Shown here: piece by piece, positions 12,625 through 24,460 of the stretch
Layout: every line of letters begins with the position of its first letter
Numbering within the stretch: the stretch's first letter is position 1
DNA from: Camelus ferus
Lineage: Eukaryota
Reading direction: 5' to 3'
DNA length: 64,000 bases
Assembly (NCBI RefSeq): GCF_009834535.1
Contig: NC_045697.1
Location: 84,446,001 to 84,510,000, forward strand
Notes under the pieces: model-generated
What the model was told of the DNA's origin: nothing
What the model saw: the letters and a program-made list of their open reading frames with translations, nothing else
Database searches by the model: none
Translations under genes and position numbers: made by a program

Positions 12625-13435
12625 ATATTAGAAAATGTTGCAAAAGACTTACATGGATGGGCACTTGACCAAAAAGAGTACCCAAAGTGCCAGTAATATA
12701 TGAATTTGCCATCAGGGAAATACAAATTAAAACTATACTAAGATATCACCCCACACCTTCCAGAATGTCTAAAATTAAAAAGACTGACAATACCAGACTC
12801 AGGCAATGGTTTGGAGCAACTGGAACTCTCATACACCGTTAGTAGGAGTGTAAATGGATACGGCAACTTTAGAAAAACTTTTGGTGATAAATATTAAAAC
12901 TGAACAAATGTATAGCCAATGACTCAGCAATTCTACTTATAGATACATATGCAACAGACATGTGAATTACAGAAAGTCATGTACATGAATATGCACATTC
13001 TTAAGCATTCATAATAGCCACACCTGGGAACAATTCAAATGTCTAATGGATAAATAAATTGCATTTTATTCATTCAATGACATACTATTTAGCGATGAAC
13101 ATGAATAATTGCTACATATAAAAATAAGGGTGGAATCTCATAAAATAGCATCCAGTAAAAGAAGCCAGACACAAAGAAGTACACATTGATTGATTCTATT
13201 TTCATGAAGGTCAAAAACAGGTAAAACTGATCTATAGTGTTAGAAGTAAGGAGAGTTACTTTTGCAAGGGAGGGAGTAGCAACTGGCAGGGGCTTGGGGA
13301 GGACTTTTGGAGTCCTTTGGTGGTTACCTAAGTATGTTCCTCTTATGAAAATTCACTGAGATGTATACCTATGTAAATGTAGGCTAATGCATATACTTTC
13401 CTGTATGTATGTTACTTTTTTCACTAAAAATAAAA
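12625..13435 (+). mobile_element. Old L1ME/L1MD-type 3' end
   Basis: Degenerate ORF2 end (GGAGCAACTGGAACTCTCATAC..) and 3'UTR (AAAGAAGCCAGACACAAAG..TCAAAAACAGGTAAAACTGATCTATAGTGTTAGAAG). Confidence 0.8.
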
Positions 13436-14044
13436 TATATAGAGTTAAAGTGTTTTAAGTCTCTGTGTTTTTAATACCATCTGTTAATAGTTTTTTCCCC
13501 TCTATAAAAAAAAGAATTTTCTTCATTTCATTCTTTTGCCTTGCAAAACTGAAATCTATTTTATAAACAAACTTTTATGATACTTATAAAATACATTTCA
13601 ATTACTGCTTTTTTGTCCCCAGGTTTTGCCTTTTCGACATCAAATTCATTCTGTGTGCTTTTTTTTTCCCCCGGTCTGACCCAACCACCCTGTTTTTTGT
13701 CACTTCTCCATTTGCCTTTTATGTTTCAGTAGAGCTCCGGTAATAATCCTATTTGACCTTAAGACAAATACATTATCAAACATTAAACAAGGATCAGTTA
13801 CCACGGACTTGATGTGTGATCTCATTCCATCTAACATTTAAGAAAATAACAGTCCTCTAAGAATGATGGGACAATTGCTTCCTGAGTATGTGAAGCTTAT
13901 GACTGAATGGATGTTCTTTGGAAAAAAGCACAGATGATGGGACTATAAAGGGAATTCATCCTGTCAAAAATGAAGAACCACCTCCGTCATCATAGCTTTG
14001 CACATTTTCCACTGCCAACACCCAGGATAGGCCATACCAGCACA

Positions 14045-14295
14045 TGGTGAGAATGGTTTGGAAAAGACTTGGGTTCTGGGGCCATCAGATAGAGATTCAA
14101 ACTCTAGATTTTACTAAGTGTGTTCTTGAGCACCTGTTCAATCTCTCTGAACTTCAATTGACTTCTCTATAAAAATGGGGATAAAAATAACTACATCACA
14201 AAACTGTTGCAGGGTTTTCAAGTACATAGACAAAAGTCATGATAAAATACATACACAAAAGTCTCTAACATAATATTTATTACATCTAGATGTTC
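14045..14295 (+). mobile_element. MIR
   Basis: GATTCAAACTCTAG..TTACTAAGTGTG..AATCTCTCTGAACTTCAATT..CTATAAAAATGGGGATAAAAATA. Confidence 0.7.
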
Positions 14296-14382
14296 AAAAG
14301 ATGAAACTTTCTTCTCTTTTCTATCCTTTTCCTTTTTGAGGCAAAAATATTTCATTGCAATTGTGTGCAATCATATTTGAGT

Positions 14383-14532
14383 TTTTTAAACATCTTTATT
14401 GTGTTATAATTTCTATACAGTAAACTACACATATTTCAGATGTACAATTTGATGAATTCTGACAGATGTATGAAACCATCTATGAAACCACCCTCACAAT
14501 CAAGATACCTAACATTTCCATCACTCCCCAAG
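14383..14532 (-). mobile_element. Old L1M 3' terminus
   Basis: TTTATTGTGTTATAATT..TGTACAATTTGATGAATTCTGACA..AATCAAGATACCTAACATTTCCATCACTCC. Confidence 0.75.
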
Positions 14533-14535
14533 AGG

Positions 14536-15742
14536 TGTAAATTTCGAATTTCTAATTTATCCTTTCCCACACCCTTTACCCCTGGTAACCCTAAGTTTGT
14601 TCTCTATGTTTGTGAGTATGTTTCTGTTTTGTATATAAGTTCATGTGTGTCCTTTTTCACAGATTCCAAATATAAGCCGTATCATACGGTATTTTTCTTT
14701 CTCTTTCTGGCTTACTTCACTTAGAATGACAGTCTCCAGGTCCATCCATGTTGCTGCAAATGGCATTATTTTATTCTTTTTTAGGGCTAAGTGGTATTCT
14801 ACTGTGTGTGTTTGTTGGGGGGGGGTGTTCTATATGGGTTTCCATACAAATTTTAACACTTTTTGTTCCAGCTCCGTGAAAAATGTCATTGGTAATTTGA
14901 TAAGGATTGCATTCAATCTATATATTGCCTTGGGTAGTATGGCCATTTTAACAATATTGATTCTTCCAATCCAAGAAGACAGTATATCTTTCCATCTGTT
15001 TATGTCGTCTTCAATTTCTTTCATCAGTGTCTTATAGTTTTTCCCAGTACACATCTTTTACCTCCTTAGGTTGGTTTATTCCTAGGTATTTTATTCTTTT
15101 TGATGTGATGGTAAACAGGATTATATTCTTAATTTCTCTTTCTGATATTTCATTGTTAGTGTGTAGAACAGCAACAGATTTCTGTATATTAATTTTGTAT
15201 CCTGCAACTTTATTGAATTCATTGATGAACTCCAATGGTTTTCTGGTAGCAACTTTAGGATTTTCTATGCATCAGTATCACATCATCTGCAGTAACAGTT
15301 TTACTTCTTTTTTTCCAGTTTGGATTCCTTTTACTTCGTTTTCTTCTCTGACTGCTGTGGCTAGGACTTCCAAAACTATGTTGAATAAAAGTGGTAAGAA
15401 TGGACATCCTTGTCTTGTTCCTGATCTTAGAGGAAATGCTCTCAGCTTTTCACCATTGAGTATGATGTTAGCTGTGGGTTTGTCATATATGGCTTTTATT
15501 ATGTTGAGGTATGTTCCACCTATGCCCACATTCTGGAGAGTTTTTATTATAAATGGATGTTGAGTTTTATCAAAAGCTTTTTCTGCATCTACTGAGATGA
15601 TTATATGGTTTTTATTCTTCAATTTGTTAATGTGATGTATCACATTAATTGATTGTGGATATTGAAAAATCCTTGCATCCCTGGAATAAATCCAACTTGA
15701 TCCTTTTAATGTATTTTGGATTCAGTTTGCTAGTATTTTGTT
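14536..15742 (-). mobile_element. Antisense L1: young 3'UTR piece (14536-14805) joined to an ORF2 RT-region piece (14830-15742)
   Basis: Minus ORFs 15278-15643 ([31 protein letters not shown]), 15032-15235 and 14830-15054 ([19 protein letters not shown]) are L1 ORF2p. 14536-14805 is the reverse complement of the 3'UTR seen at about 2880-3160. Confidence 0.93.
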
Positions 15743-15749
15743 AAAATCT

Positions 15750-15770
15750 TTTCAGCAACTGAAAACAATC

Positions 15771-15804
<34 letters not shown>

Positions 15805-15821
15805 ATATATATATATGTATG

Positions 15822-15852
<31 letters not shown>

Positions 15853-16772
15853 TATATATAACTTCTATACTAAAACCTCATGGTAACCACAAACTAAAAA
15901 TCTGTAATAGGTATACACACAAAAAAGAAAGGAATCCCAAACTACAATGAGGTATCACTTCACATCAGTCAGAATGGCCATCATTAAAAAGTCCACAAAT
16001 GATAAATGTTGGAGAGGGTGTGGAGAAAAAGGAACCCTTCTACACTGTTTGTGGAAATGTAAATTGGTGCATTCACTATAGAGAATGATATGGAGGTTCC
16101 TTAAAAAACTAAAAATAGATTTACCATATGATCTTGCAATCCCACTCCTGGGCATATTATCTGGAGAAAACTCTAATTCAAAAAGATACATACACCCCAG
16201 TCAGTGTTCACAGCAGCACTACTTACAATAGGCAAGATATGGAAGCAACCTAAATGTCCATCAACAGATTAATGGATAAAGAAGATGTAGTATATACATA
16301 TACCATGTAACATTACTCAGCCATAAAAACAATGAAAAATGCCATTTGCAGCAACATGGATGGACCTAGAGATTATCATATTAAATGAAGTTAAGTAAGA
16401 CAGAGAAAGACAAATATCATATGATATCATTTATGTGTGGAATCTAAAAAAATTGATACAAATGAATTTATTTATAAACCAGAAATAGACTTACAGCCAT
16501 AGAAAACAAACTACAGTTACTAAAGGGGAAAGGAGGGGAAAGGATAAATTAGGAGTTTGGGATTAACATATATACACTACTATACATAAAACAGATAAAC
16601 AACAAGGACCTACTGTATAGCACAGGGAATTATATTCAATATCTTATAATTACCTATAATGGAAAAGAATCTGAGAAAAGAATGGAAAAAAATCTGTGTA
16701 ACTAAATCTCTTTGCTGTGCACCTGAAACTAACACAACATTGTAAATCAACTATACTTCAATTAAAAAAAAA
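15750..16772 (+). mobile_element. Sense L1: inter-ORF-like segment fused to the ORF2 end, 3'UTR and polyA
   Basis: AAACCTCATGGTAACCACAAAC..ATACACACAAAAAAGAAAGGAATCC resembles the laurasiatherian L1 inter-ORF spacer. It is followed directly by ACTACAATGAGGTATCAC (ORF2 C-terminus) through to the A-tail at about 16764-16772. Confidence 0.85.
15771..15860. repeat. Imperfect (TA)n microsatellite inside L1
   Basis: Directly visible. Confidence 0.95.
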
Positions 16773-16840
16773 TATGTAGTGAGGTGAAGCAACTTGCCTA
16801 AGGTGGCCATTGAAAGGTAGGAGTCAAAAAAAAAAAAAAA

Positions 16841-17008
16841 AGATTCCACATATGAGCGATCTCATATGGTATTTTTCTTTTTCTTTCTGGCTTACTTCAC
16901 TTAGAATGACATTCTCCAGTAACATCCATGTTGCTGCTAATGGTGTTATGTTGTCGGTTTTTATGACTGAATAGTATTCCATTGTATAAATATACCACAT
17001 CTTCTTTA
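16841..17008 (-). mobile_element. Short antisense fragment of the youngest L1 subfamily
   Basis: Close reverse complement of 24590-24754 (AGATTCCACATATGAGCGATCTCATATGGTATTTTTC..); preceded by A16 at 16826-16841. Confidence 0.9.
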
Positions 17009-17255
17009 AAAAGTTAGGCGTTAATGAATTATTAAGGAATTATCTCTCCTCTACTCTGAGTTCCAAATGGTAGAAACAAATGTTGAGAAAAGGAGCAAAG
17101 ACAGTGTATTAATGGCTGGTAAAGCTGAAATAGAAAATGTAGCTGAGATCTGAGTTTGAAATGGCAGCGTTCTATAACTTTGACTCAAAATGGAGACCTT
17201 AGAACTCTTTTGCAGGTGGAGCTGGCTTTGCAAAGCTGGCTCCACATACACTTAC

Positions 17256-17303
17256 CACACCAGTCCCACAACGGAGACCGGGTCTGCCTGGTAAGCATAG
17301 ACA
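17256..17303 (-). other. Candidate 48-nt exon of an unidentified minus-strand transcript
   Basis: Minus-strand acceptor TTCATCTTTCTGTCTTACACTGCACTCTGCAG and donor GTG|GTAAGT. All three frames are open and CpGs are retained. Confidence 0.35.
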
Positions 17304-19010
17304 CTGCAGAGTGCAGTGTAAGACAGAAAGATGAACCCTCATGATGTGTGTACAATAACCCTCCTCGGGCAACTCTCCTCTATTAGAGAATGTCCTATAG
17401 ACCAGCAGATGCCTTTAATATGCTAGAAAACATTTATTTAAAAATACTATTTGCTCTGTAATCTTACCTAGAGTATTATTTTGTTTAGTCTGCCTTTTCA
17501 AACTACTTAATCAGGGAAAATGACAACCTAGAACCTGCCCAAATGATCATTAATAACAGGTTATTATTATTACTATTATTATTTTGTTTATCACTTTTCT
17601 TATTGTTTGGTAGATTTTTCCCCTTAGCATCAAACAACTTAGTATAATATCTTGTAAATAAAAGTCTTTGGAGAATATACAGAAAGTTGTCCCTTTGCTT
17701 ATTCAAATTGATATAGAGTTAGTCCTCCAAATTCTTGAGGAGCTCTTTTACAGTTTCAAACTATAAAACTGATTCATAAAACTATAAACACTTAAGAGAA
17801 AAGAAAGAAAAAAATCAGCCAACATAAAGGTTATAGACTATTTGCCACATGGCAGTCAAGATAAAATTAAGTAAAAGAATAAGTTTCTGGGCACAAATAG
17901 TGGTTTGTTCCCTAAAGTTAAGAACCTCATAGTGAAATATAAGTAGAAAACTATAACTACCATTTTATTGTTACCTCATTAGCAAATCAGTTTGATATTA
18001 GTGCAGGAATAAATATGGGCAGCCTTTGAGGATGTATAATATTGACTTACTTCTTTATACTCCCACCATGCCACAAAGGATTTGAAGTATGTAAACCATT
18101 ATTAAGAAAAGAACAATTTTTTTTCAGGAATTTGGCACCTAAAACTAATTGCATTTAGCAGTGTGGATATGAATGGAATACGTAAAAAAGCCCAATGAAT
18201 AATTCACATATATAGTCTCTGTAATTTGTTAAATCCTCTGTGCATCTGGAAACTCCAAGAACTAAAGTAACTGAGAGGGTTGGGAGGATTGGTATTAAAA
18301 GGCAGCGCATCATATGTCTCCATGCAGAATCAACAACTCTCAGGGGAAACACAAATTATTTTTAATTTATTACTTGGTAATGCTTTACTTGCCTCTTTCA
18401 CTTAATGCCTTTCTTATTCCTTTACTCTTGCTTCCCTTCTCCCAAATAAAGTCTTATTTTGAGTACAGAGTAAATGAACGCAGTAAATTAACCTTCAGTC
18501 TCTGCGATCTCTTATCACAAATTAAAATGGTTAAAAATATTTCAGTTTTGACCATAAAACATACAGGTTAAAAAGGACATCCTTTTTCATGTAGTAAAAA
18601 TGGAGTATGCAGCTGTATTTTTAGCTCAATGGGTGGCTAACTTACAGTGGTACTTCTTTCATTTCTATTAATGGAAAGTGTAACCTACATGTGCTGTAAA
18701 AGATGTATTGCTTGGCCTGCCTGCCTTTACCTCTGGACTTACATTTCTGTATTCTCTTGAATATAGAATCTAACTTTCTACGGCTACAAATGTGGTGTCT
18801 TTTGATGACAGCTTGGGACCTCTATGCATATGGCTTGACTTCTTTGGGTCATGCTTATTCCCATAACTGTTTTATCACTATGACACTGGACTCATTTTAA
18901 TCATGCTTATATCCCAAAGATTTTGAAAAGCCTGTTCAGAATATAGACTATCCCTTGAAAGTCCTTGCTGCTCTTTAGTTTATGAACTGAAATTGATGGT
19001 TCATCTATTT

Positions 19011-19175
19011 CAGTAGTTCTTAACATAGGGTGCAAGAATAGAGCCACCTATAGGCATTTTAGAAAATATATATAATGATTTCTGAGTGGGGCCCAGATAT
19101 CAAAATGTGTCTTAATCTTTTTTCCTCCCCACTCCCCAGGATGATGTGGTTGAGCCTTCAGGGCTGAGAATCACA
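19011..19175. mobile_element. MER5-type hAT MITE
   Basis: CAGTAGTTCTTAAC..GAGTGGGGCCCAG..CTCCCCAGG..GGGCTGAGAATCAC with inverted termini. Confidence 0.6.
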
Positions 19176-19209
19176 CAGCTATTTACACAACTGTCTTCAG
19201 CTGTCTGGA

Positions 19210-19440
19210 GTGATGCTGCCTAATGGTGTAATAGACCCTGTGGCCAGTCTGCCTAGCTTCAAATCTTGGCTGCCACTTTTTACCAGTGACTTTAGGCAAG
19301 GTACTTAGCCATTCTGATCCTTAATTTCCTCATTTGTAAAATGCAGATGGTGGTAATAATAGAACATGCATCATCTATGTAAAACCACAAGATAGTATCT
19401 GGCAAATAGCATGTAGTACAAAAATGTATTAACAAATATT
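19210..19440 (+). mobile_element. MIR
   Basis: TTCAAATCTTGGCTGCCACTT..GTGACTTTAGGCAAGGTACTTAG..TTTCCTCATTTGTAAAATG. Confidence 0.8.
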
Positions 19441-22037
19441 TAATTCTCACTTTCAGCATTTTTTATTTTAAAATTTTTCCCAAATGTTAAAGAGAGTCTT
19501 ATGTGTATATGGTTTATGCATTTTAAGTGGTTAACAAGCTGGTGTTCCTATAAGATTTTCTACTGTTTCCTTGTTTCATCATCTCCATTATCACCCAGCA
19601 TATGCTCAAGAAAATTCAACTAAATGATTATATTTTTTCATTAAAGTTTGATTATTTATATCCTTACTTTATTCCAAAAGGGTTTAGTCAGGTATCTTAT
19701 AAAATACAAGCTAAAAGAGCTGAGCAGTAAAAATCACAGCAAAGGATAAACAAGGGTAGGAAGACAAATTAGCCTTTTAAGTTTGGATCCCAAGAAGGCA
19801 CCCTATAAGGTCCTGTACTCTTTTAGCTCAGCCCTACATCATTCTTTCTGGACTAAACTCATACCAGAAGGGATATTTTACATTATCTGTGCAATACCTT
19901 TCCTGGTAACAGAAGAAACTGAAAGGTGACTTTTATTATTGCTAGTTTCATAAGTGGGGAAAACTAGGCTCTAAAAATGAAGCAAATTATTCCAGATGAT
20001 TTTACAGGTTAGAGACAGTGAAATATCAATATTCAGATGCTATTTGTTTCATCAAAAATGGCTTAAGTTATGTAACAATGTTGAATAAAATATAAAGCCT
20101 TTAAAAATACCTGTTAGACATTACTACCCCCAAAAAAGCAATGGTTTACATTCAACTGTCCAAAGAAATGAGCCTAAAATGTGTGGCAGATATGGCATTT
20201 ATTTCCATTTCTCTGATCTACTTTTATCAAAGCATGCAACTGCTTGTGGTCAGTTCTTAAGTCTATAAAAGGAAACTAATGAGAAGTTGAGAAGTTTGGC
20301 CTAGCAGTCACCCACAATCTCCTTTGGACATCCTTCCCCTATGCTGTCAAACAGCTGTCACAAATACACCGCACAGCCCGATCTGGAGGGCATCCATCCT
20401 GGACGGCCGCCTGTAGGCAGATAGGTTAGTGTGTATTTCCCTCAGCAGCCAGAAAATGTGCCATGCTCTTGTGGACTAATCCACCAAGACAAAATAACTG
20501 TCAAGTCTAAATTTGTTAGAAAGCCACTTAGTGCTTCAGCATTGTTACCATCAGGCTTGACTGTGGTGGCATTTCATTCTCTGTGTCAGAGGAGGCAGGT
20601 TTGACATGGTACACATTAGCCACTGACAACATTAAACTTCTTTAGGACTGTTTGTTTGGTGAATCTATTCCAAGACTAAAAATTTCCAGGGATCTTAAAA
20701 GTTACAGTGCCTCCTGTACTGCCCAGGAGAACTTGAGTGTATTAGTGTATATATAACATTCCCCTTCCCATACAGCTAACACTTATCTTAATCTCACTGA
20801 AAGGCTGGCAGGAAAAGTGAGACTATGAGGTGAATGTCTCCTGGTTACTCTAATTTTAGTTTTGATCTTAAGTTCTGGTGTCTTATATTTCAGGCGATAG
20901 TTTTTTCTTCTCATATTCTTACCAATCCATTCTAAATGGTGAAGGACATTACAGCATAGAAATGTAGAAACTCTACCTGTGTTTTGTATTCAAAACATAG
21001 ACAATTATAGCTTTTAATTTCTGGTGGATTATACTTAAAGATATAATTACCCTTCTTTATATACCACTTATTTCTTTAAAGGATGACTGTCATCGTCATA
21101 AGAATTGTTCATTCATGCACTGGTTACTTGAGTGAGTACTAGGTACATGGTCCTGGGTAGGTATTTTGGAGAATATAGAGAACAACAACACAAATTAGGA
21201 GGTAGTGGGGAAAACATGGATTTTCATGTCTGACTTGGGTTTGAATCTCAGCTCCATCACTATCTTGGTGTAAAATTCTTCTCAGTTATTTTCCTTTAAT
21301 CTATTTGTCTATGCTTACACTAGTTCCACACTTTAGCTTTGTAGTATTGAAATATGGAAGTGTGAATTTTCTAGCTTTACTTAAAATTATTTTTGCTATT
21401 TTGGTTTCTGTGAATCTCCATATGAATTTTAGAATCAGCCAGTCAAATTCTGGAAAAAGTGTCAACTGGTATTTTGACAGGGGTTGTGTTGAATCTGCAG
21501 ATTAATTTGGCTGTAGTATGCTGTCTTAACAACATTGAGTCTTTCCATCTATAAACATGTATTTCCATTTATTTAGGTTTTCATTGGTTTCTTTTAATGA
21601 TATTTTCTAGTTTTCAGTGTACTTACATTGCACTTATTTTGTTAGATTTATCCCTAAGTATTCTTTTTGATACAACTATTAATGGAATTGTTTTCTTAAG
21701 TTCATTTCCAGTTTGTTCATTACTAGTATATAGTAATATAACTGAGTATTTTTGTTTTGTATCCTGTAACCATGTGTGTTTGACATAAAAAATCATGTAA
21801 CCTGCAAATAGAGGTGGTTTTACTTCTTCCTTTCCAACCTGGACTTTTCTATTTCTTTCTCTTGTCTGACATTCCTAGCTAGTACTTCCAGTTTAATGTA
21901 TGCAAAAGTGTTGAGTGGATATTCTTTTCTTATTCCTGATTATAGGGAGAAAACATTCAGTCTTTCACCAATGAGTATGACTTAAGCTGTGATTTTGTTT
22001 TTGTTTTTTGTAGATGCCCTTTATCAAGAAGAAGAAA

Positions 22038-23236
22038 TGAAACAGAGCAGGACCCTATGGGGTCTTCCCTGGTACCAATCCTTTCCATGTCCTCTGTTCT
22101 TATTTATAGGAAATAGGTTTCATTCAGCCTCCTTGTCCTTCCCTGAATTCTAAAGGCCAATTCAAACAGTGAAGGAAGGGAAAGAATGCAGAAACAAGGG
22201 AGGAAGAGTCAAGAAACAATGATGCAGACTTGGGGCAGGGGTCCTGGTTCCACCTCAAGGAACATACATAACAATATCTTTGAATTCCTAAGGTCTCCAC
22301 CCAGGTGGAGGATGGCAACTTTAGGCTGAGCACAAGATTCCTGGAACACCACCATGTTACATCTTCACCATCCAATCACAAGATAGTCACACATCTTACA
22401 GCCCTCACCCCAAATTTTGCCTATTAAAACTTCTCCCCCAAAACCATGGGGGAATTTGAGTTTTTCGAGAATGAGCCACCCATTCTCCTTGGTTGGCCCT
22501 GCAATAAACCTTTCTCTGCTCCAAACTTTGATGTTTCAGTTTGTTTGGCCTCACTGTGTTGGAGCAGGCAGATAGCCAGGTATGAGCAGAGGAAGGAAGG
22601 GGTATCAGGTCAAATGCCAGGAATTGGGCAAAAAGGAGGGGCACAGGCCAAATGCAGGAAACTCTGTATCATGTAAACAACAGGGGTCTCTGGGCAGAGA
22701 AAAAAAGCAGGAACCTCTGGGCTATAAGCAGTCAAACATTTTGGGTTTACAAGTGGCCTGGAGGACAAAAAAGAAAGGTAGGAAAAGGCAGGAATCTCCA
22801 GTGTCCAAATGTGACAGTTTGCTCATTATGTCCTCATTTCAATAAAATTAGCCTTGCAGATTAGAAGTACACATTATGTACCAATGCCACAACACTTCCT
22901 ATCCAGACTAAATAAGGACAAAAATCCCTCCTCCCTTTGGGAAGGCGGAGTTTCAATAAAAACCAGTGAACACACCACCAAACCCTTCCCTCCCCAGTGA
23001 ATATTCTGCCCATTCATTTTTACACACTAAGTAACCAACTTGCCAAAGAAACACAGGGAAGCTGCTCACCTGAGCCTGCCTGCTCTCTCCTTGAGAGTGT
23101 ACTATCTATTCCTTAATAAATTCTCACTTTACTTTCTTAACCTCTGTGTCCCATTTCTGAATTCTTTCTGAGACGGCAAAGAACCTAGTCACCACCAGCA
23201 GCAAACGTGCGTTACCCAAACTTTTGTTTGTTAACA
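22038..23236 (+). mobile_element. ERV1-type solo LTR A (22038-22556 plus about 23206-23236), split by LTR B
   Basis: Starts TGAAACAG and ends TTAACA. TATA-like CTATTAAAA at about 22421 and AATAAA at 22503. Flanked by GAAA/GAAG, a 4-bp TSD with one mismatch. Confidence 0.75.
22557..23205 (+). mobile_element. ERV1-type solo LTR B nested in LTR A
   Basis: Starts TGTTGGAGCAGGCAGATAG. Contains GAGAGTGTACT..CTTAATAAATTCTCACTTT..TGAATTCTTTCTGAGACGGCAAAGAACC, a typical ERV1 R/U5 end. Confidence 0.7.
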
Positions 23237-23464
23237 GAAGTTCCCTTTTATTCCTTATTTGTTGAGAGTTTTTCATCATGAAAGAATTTTGGATTATGTC
23301 AAATGCTTTGTGTGCCTTTACTGAGATAATCATGTGGCTTTTATCTTTTATTTAGTTAATATACTGTATCATGATGATTGATTTTCATACATTGAGACCA
23401 TCTTTCATTTCTGGGTTAAATCCCATCTGGATATTATTATTTTTAAACCACTGGTCTAGAAAAA

Positions 23465-23732
23465 TATTTTCCCAGTGTAAGCTTCAGAGCAATAATTCTA
23501 TTGGATGCTAATAGTTGCACCATAACAAAAGAGTTACATTAAGTAAACTTGAGAAATGCTGGATTACAGTTAAACAGGTTTCTTTACAGCAGACTATCTC
23601 AGAGACTATAACGTACTAATAGAATTTGCAAATCCCCAAGAGGGAGGTACAGTATGCCATGTTTTAGAAACTTATCTGACATGGGTATTTTGTGAAGTTA
23701 ATTTTCCATCAAACACATCTTGAGAAATACTG
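23465..23732. mobile_element. MER103C-like hAT-Charlie element
   Basis: GAGAAATGCTGG..GTTAAACAGGTTTCTTTACAGCAG..CTCAGAG..CCCAAGAGGGAGGTACAGTATGC..AAACTTATCTGAC. Confidence 0.75.
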
Positions 23733-24460
23733 TTTCCAAGAATTTTGATTAAACTTCTCTAGCATGTAATAGTGAACTAGAAAGGCTTAAAACTGATAGG
23801 ATTATCAATTTTTAAGTAATATTGCTGTCTAGAAAAATTCACTCAACATACAATAAATATTCATGGAGAGTCCGTTATATGCCATGTGCTCTTCCAGGCA
23901 CTGGAAAGACAGCAATGGGAAAAAAAATGACAAGAGAAATCTCTGCTTTGTGGAGTTTACATTCTGGGAGAGAGGCAAACAATAAACATAAAAATCATGC
24001 AAGTTATGAAATATGTTAGAGAGTTATTACATAAAAAGGAAAATTCAAGGAAGCTCCTTGACATCAGTTTTGATGATGACTTCTTGGATTTGACACCAAA
24101 AGCAAAGGCAAAAAAAGCAAAAATAAACAAGTGAGACTATATCAAGCTAAAAACTTCTACACAGCAAACAAAATCATCAGCAAAATGAAAAGACAAACTA
24201 CTGAATGAGAGAATATTTTTGCAAATCATATATCCGATAAAAGGTTAACAGCCAAATATATCTCACACAATAGCAAAAAAAAAAATCTTATTTAAAAATG
24301 GGAGGAACTGAATAGACATTTTTCTGAGAAGACATATAGATGTCCAACAGGTAAGTGAAAAGATGCTCAGCATTACAAATCATCAGAGAAATGCAAATCA
24401 AAACCACAATGAGATATCACTTTACACCTGTTAGGATGACTATTATTAAAAAGACAAGAA

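Larger units (their letters stand above)
21290..23430 (-). mobile_element. Old antisense L1M ORF2 fragment, interrupted at 22038-23236 by nested LTRs
   Basis: L1 antisense text (CATATGAATTTTAGAATCAGC.., TAGATGCCCTTTATCAAG) stops at 22037 and resumes as GAAGTTCCCTTTTATTCC at 23237. ORF 23124-23333 begins MIISVKAHKAFDIIQ. Confidence 0.85.

Noticed and set aside
15738..15950. IYIY-repeat ORF
   Set aside because: Translation of a (TA)n microsatellite inside L1.
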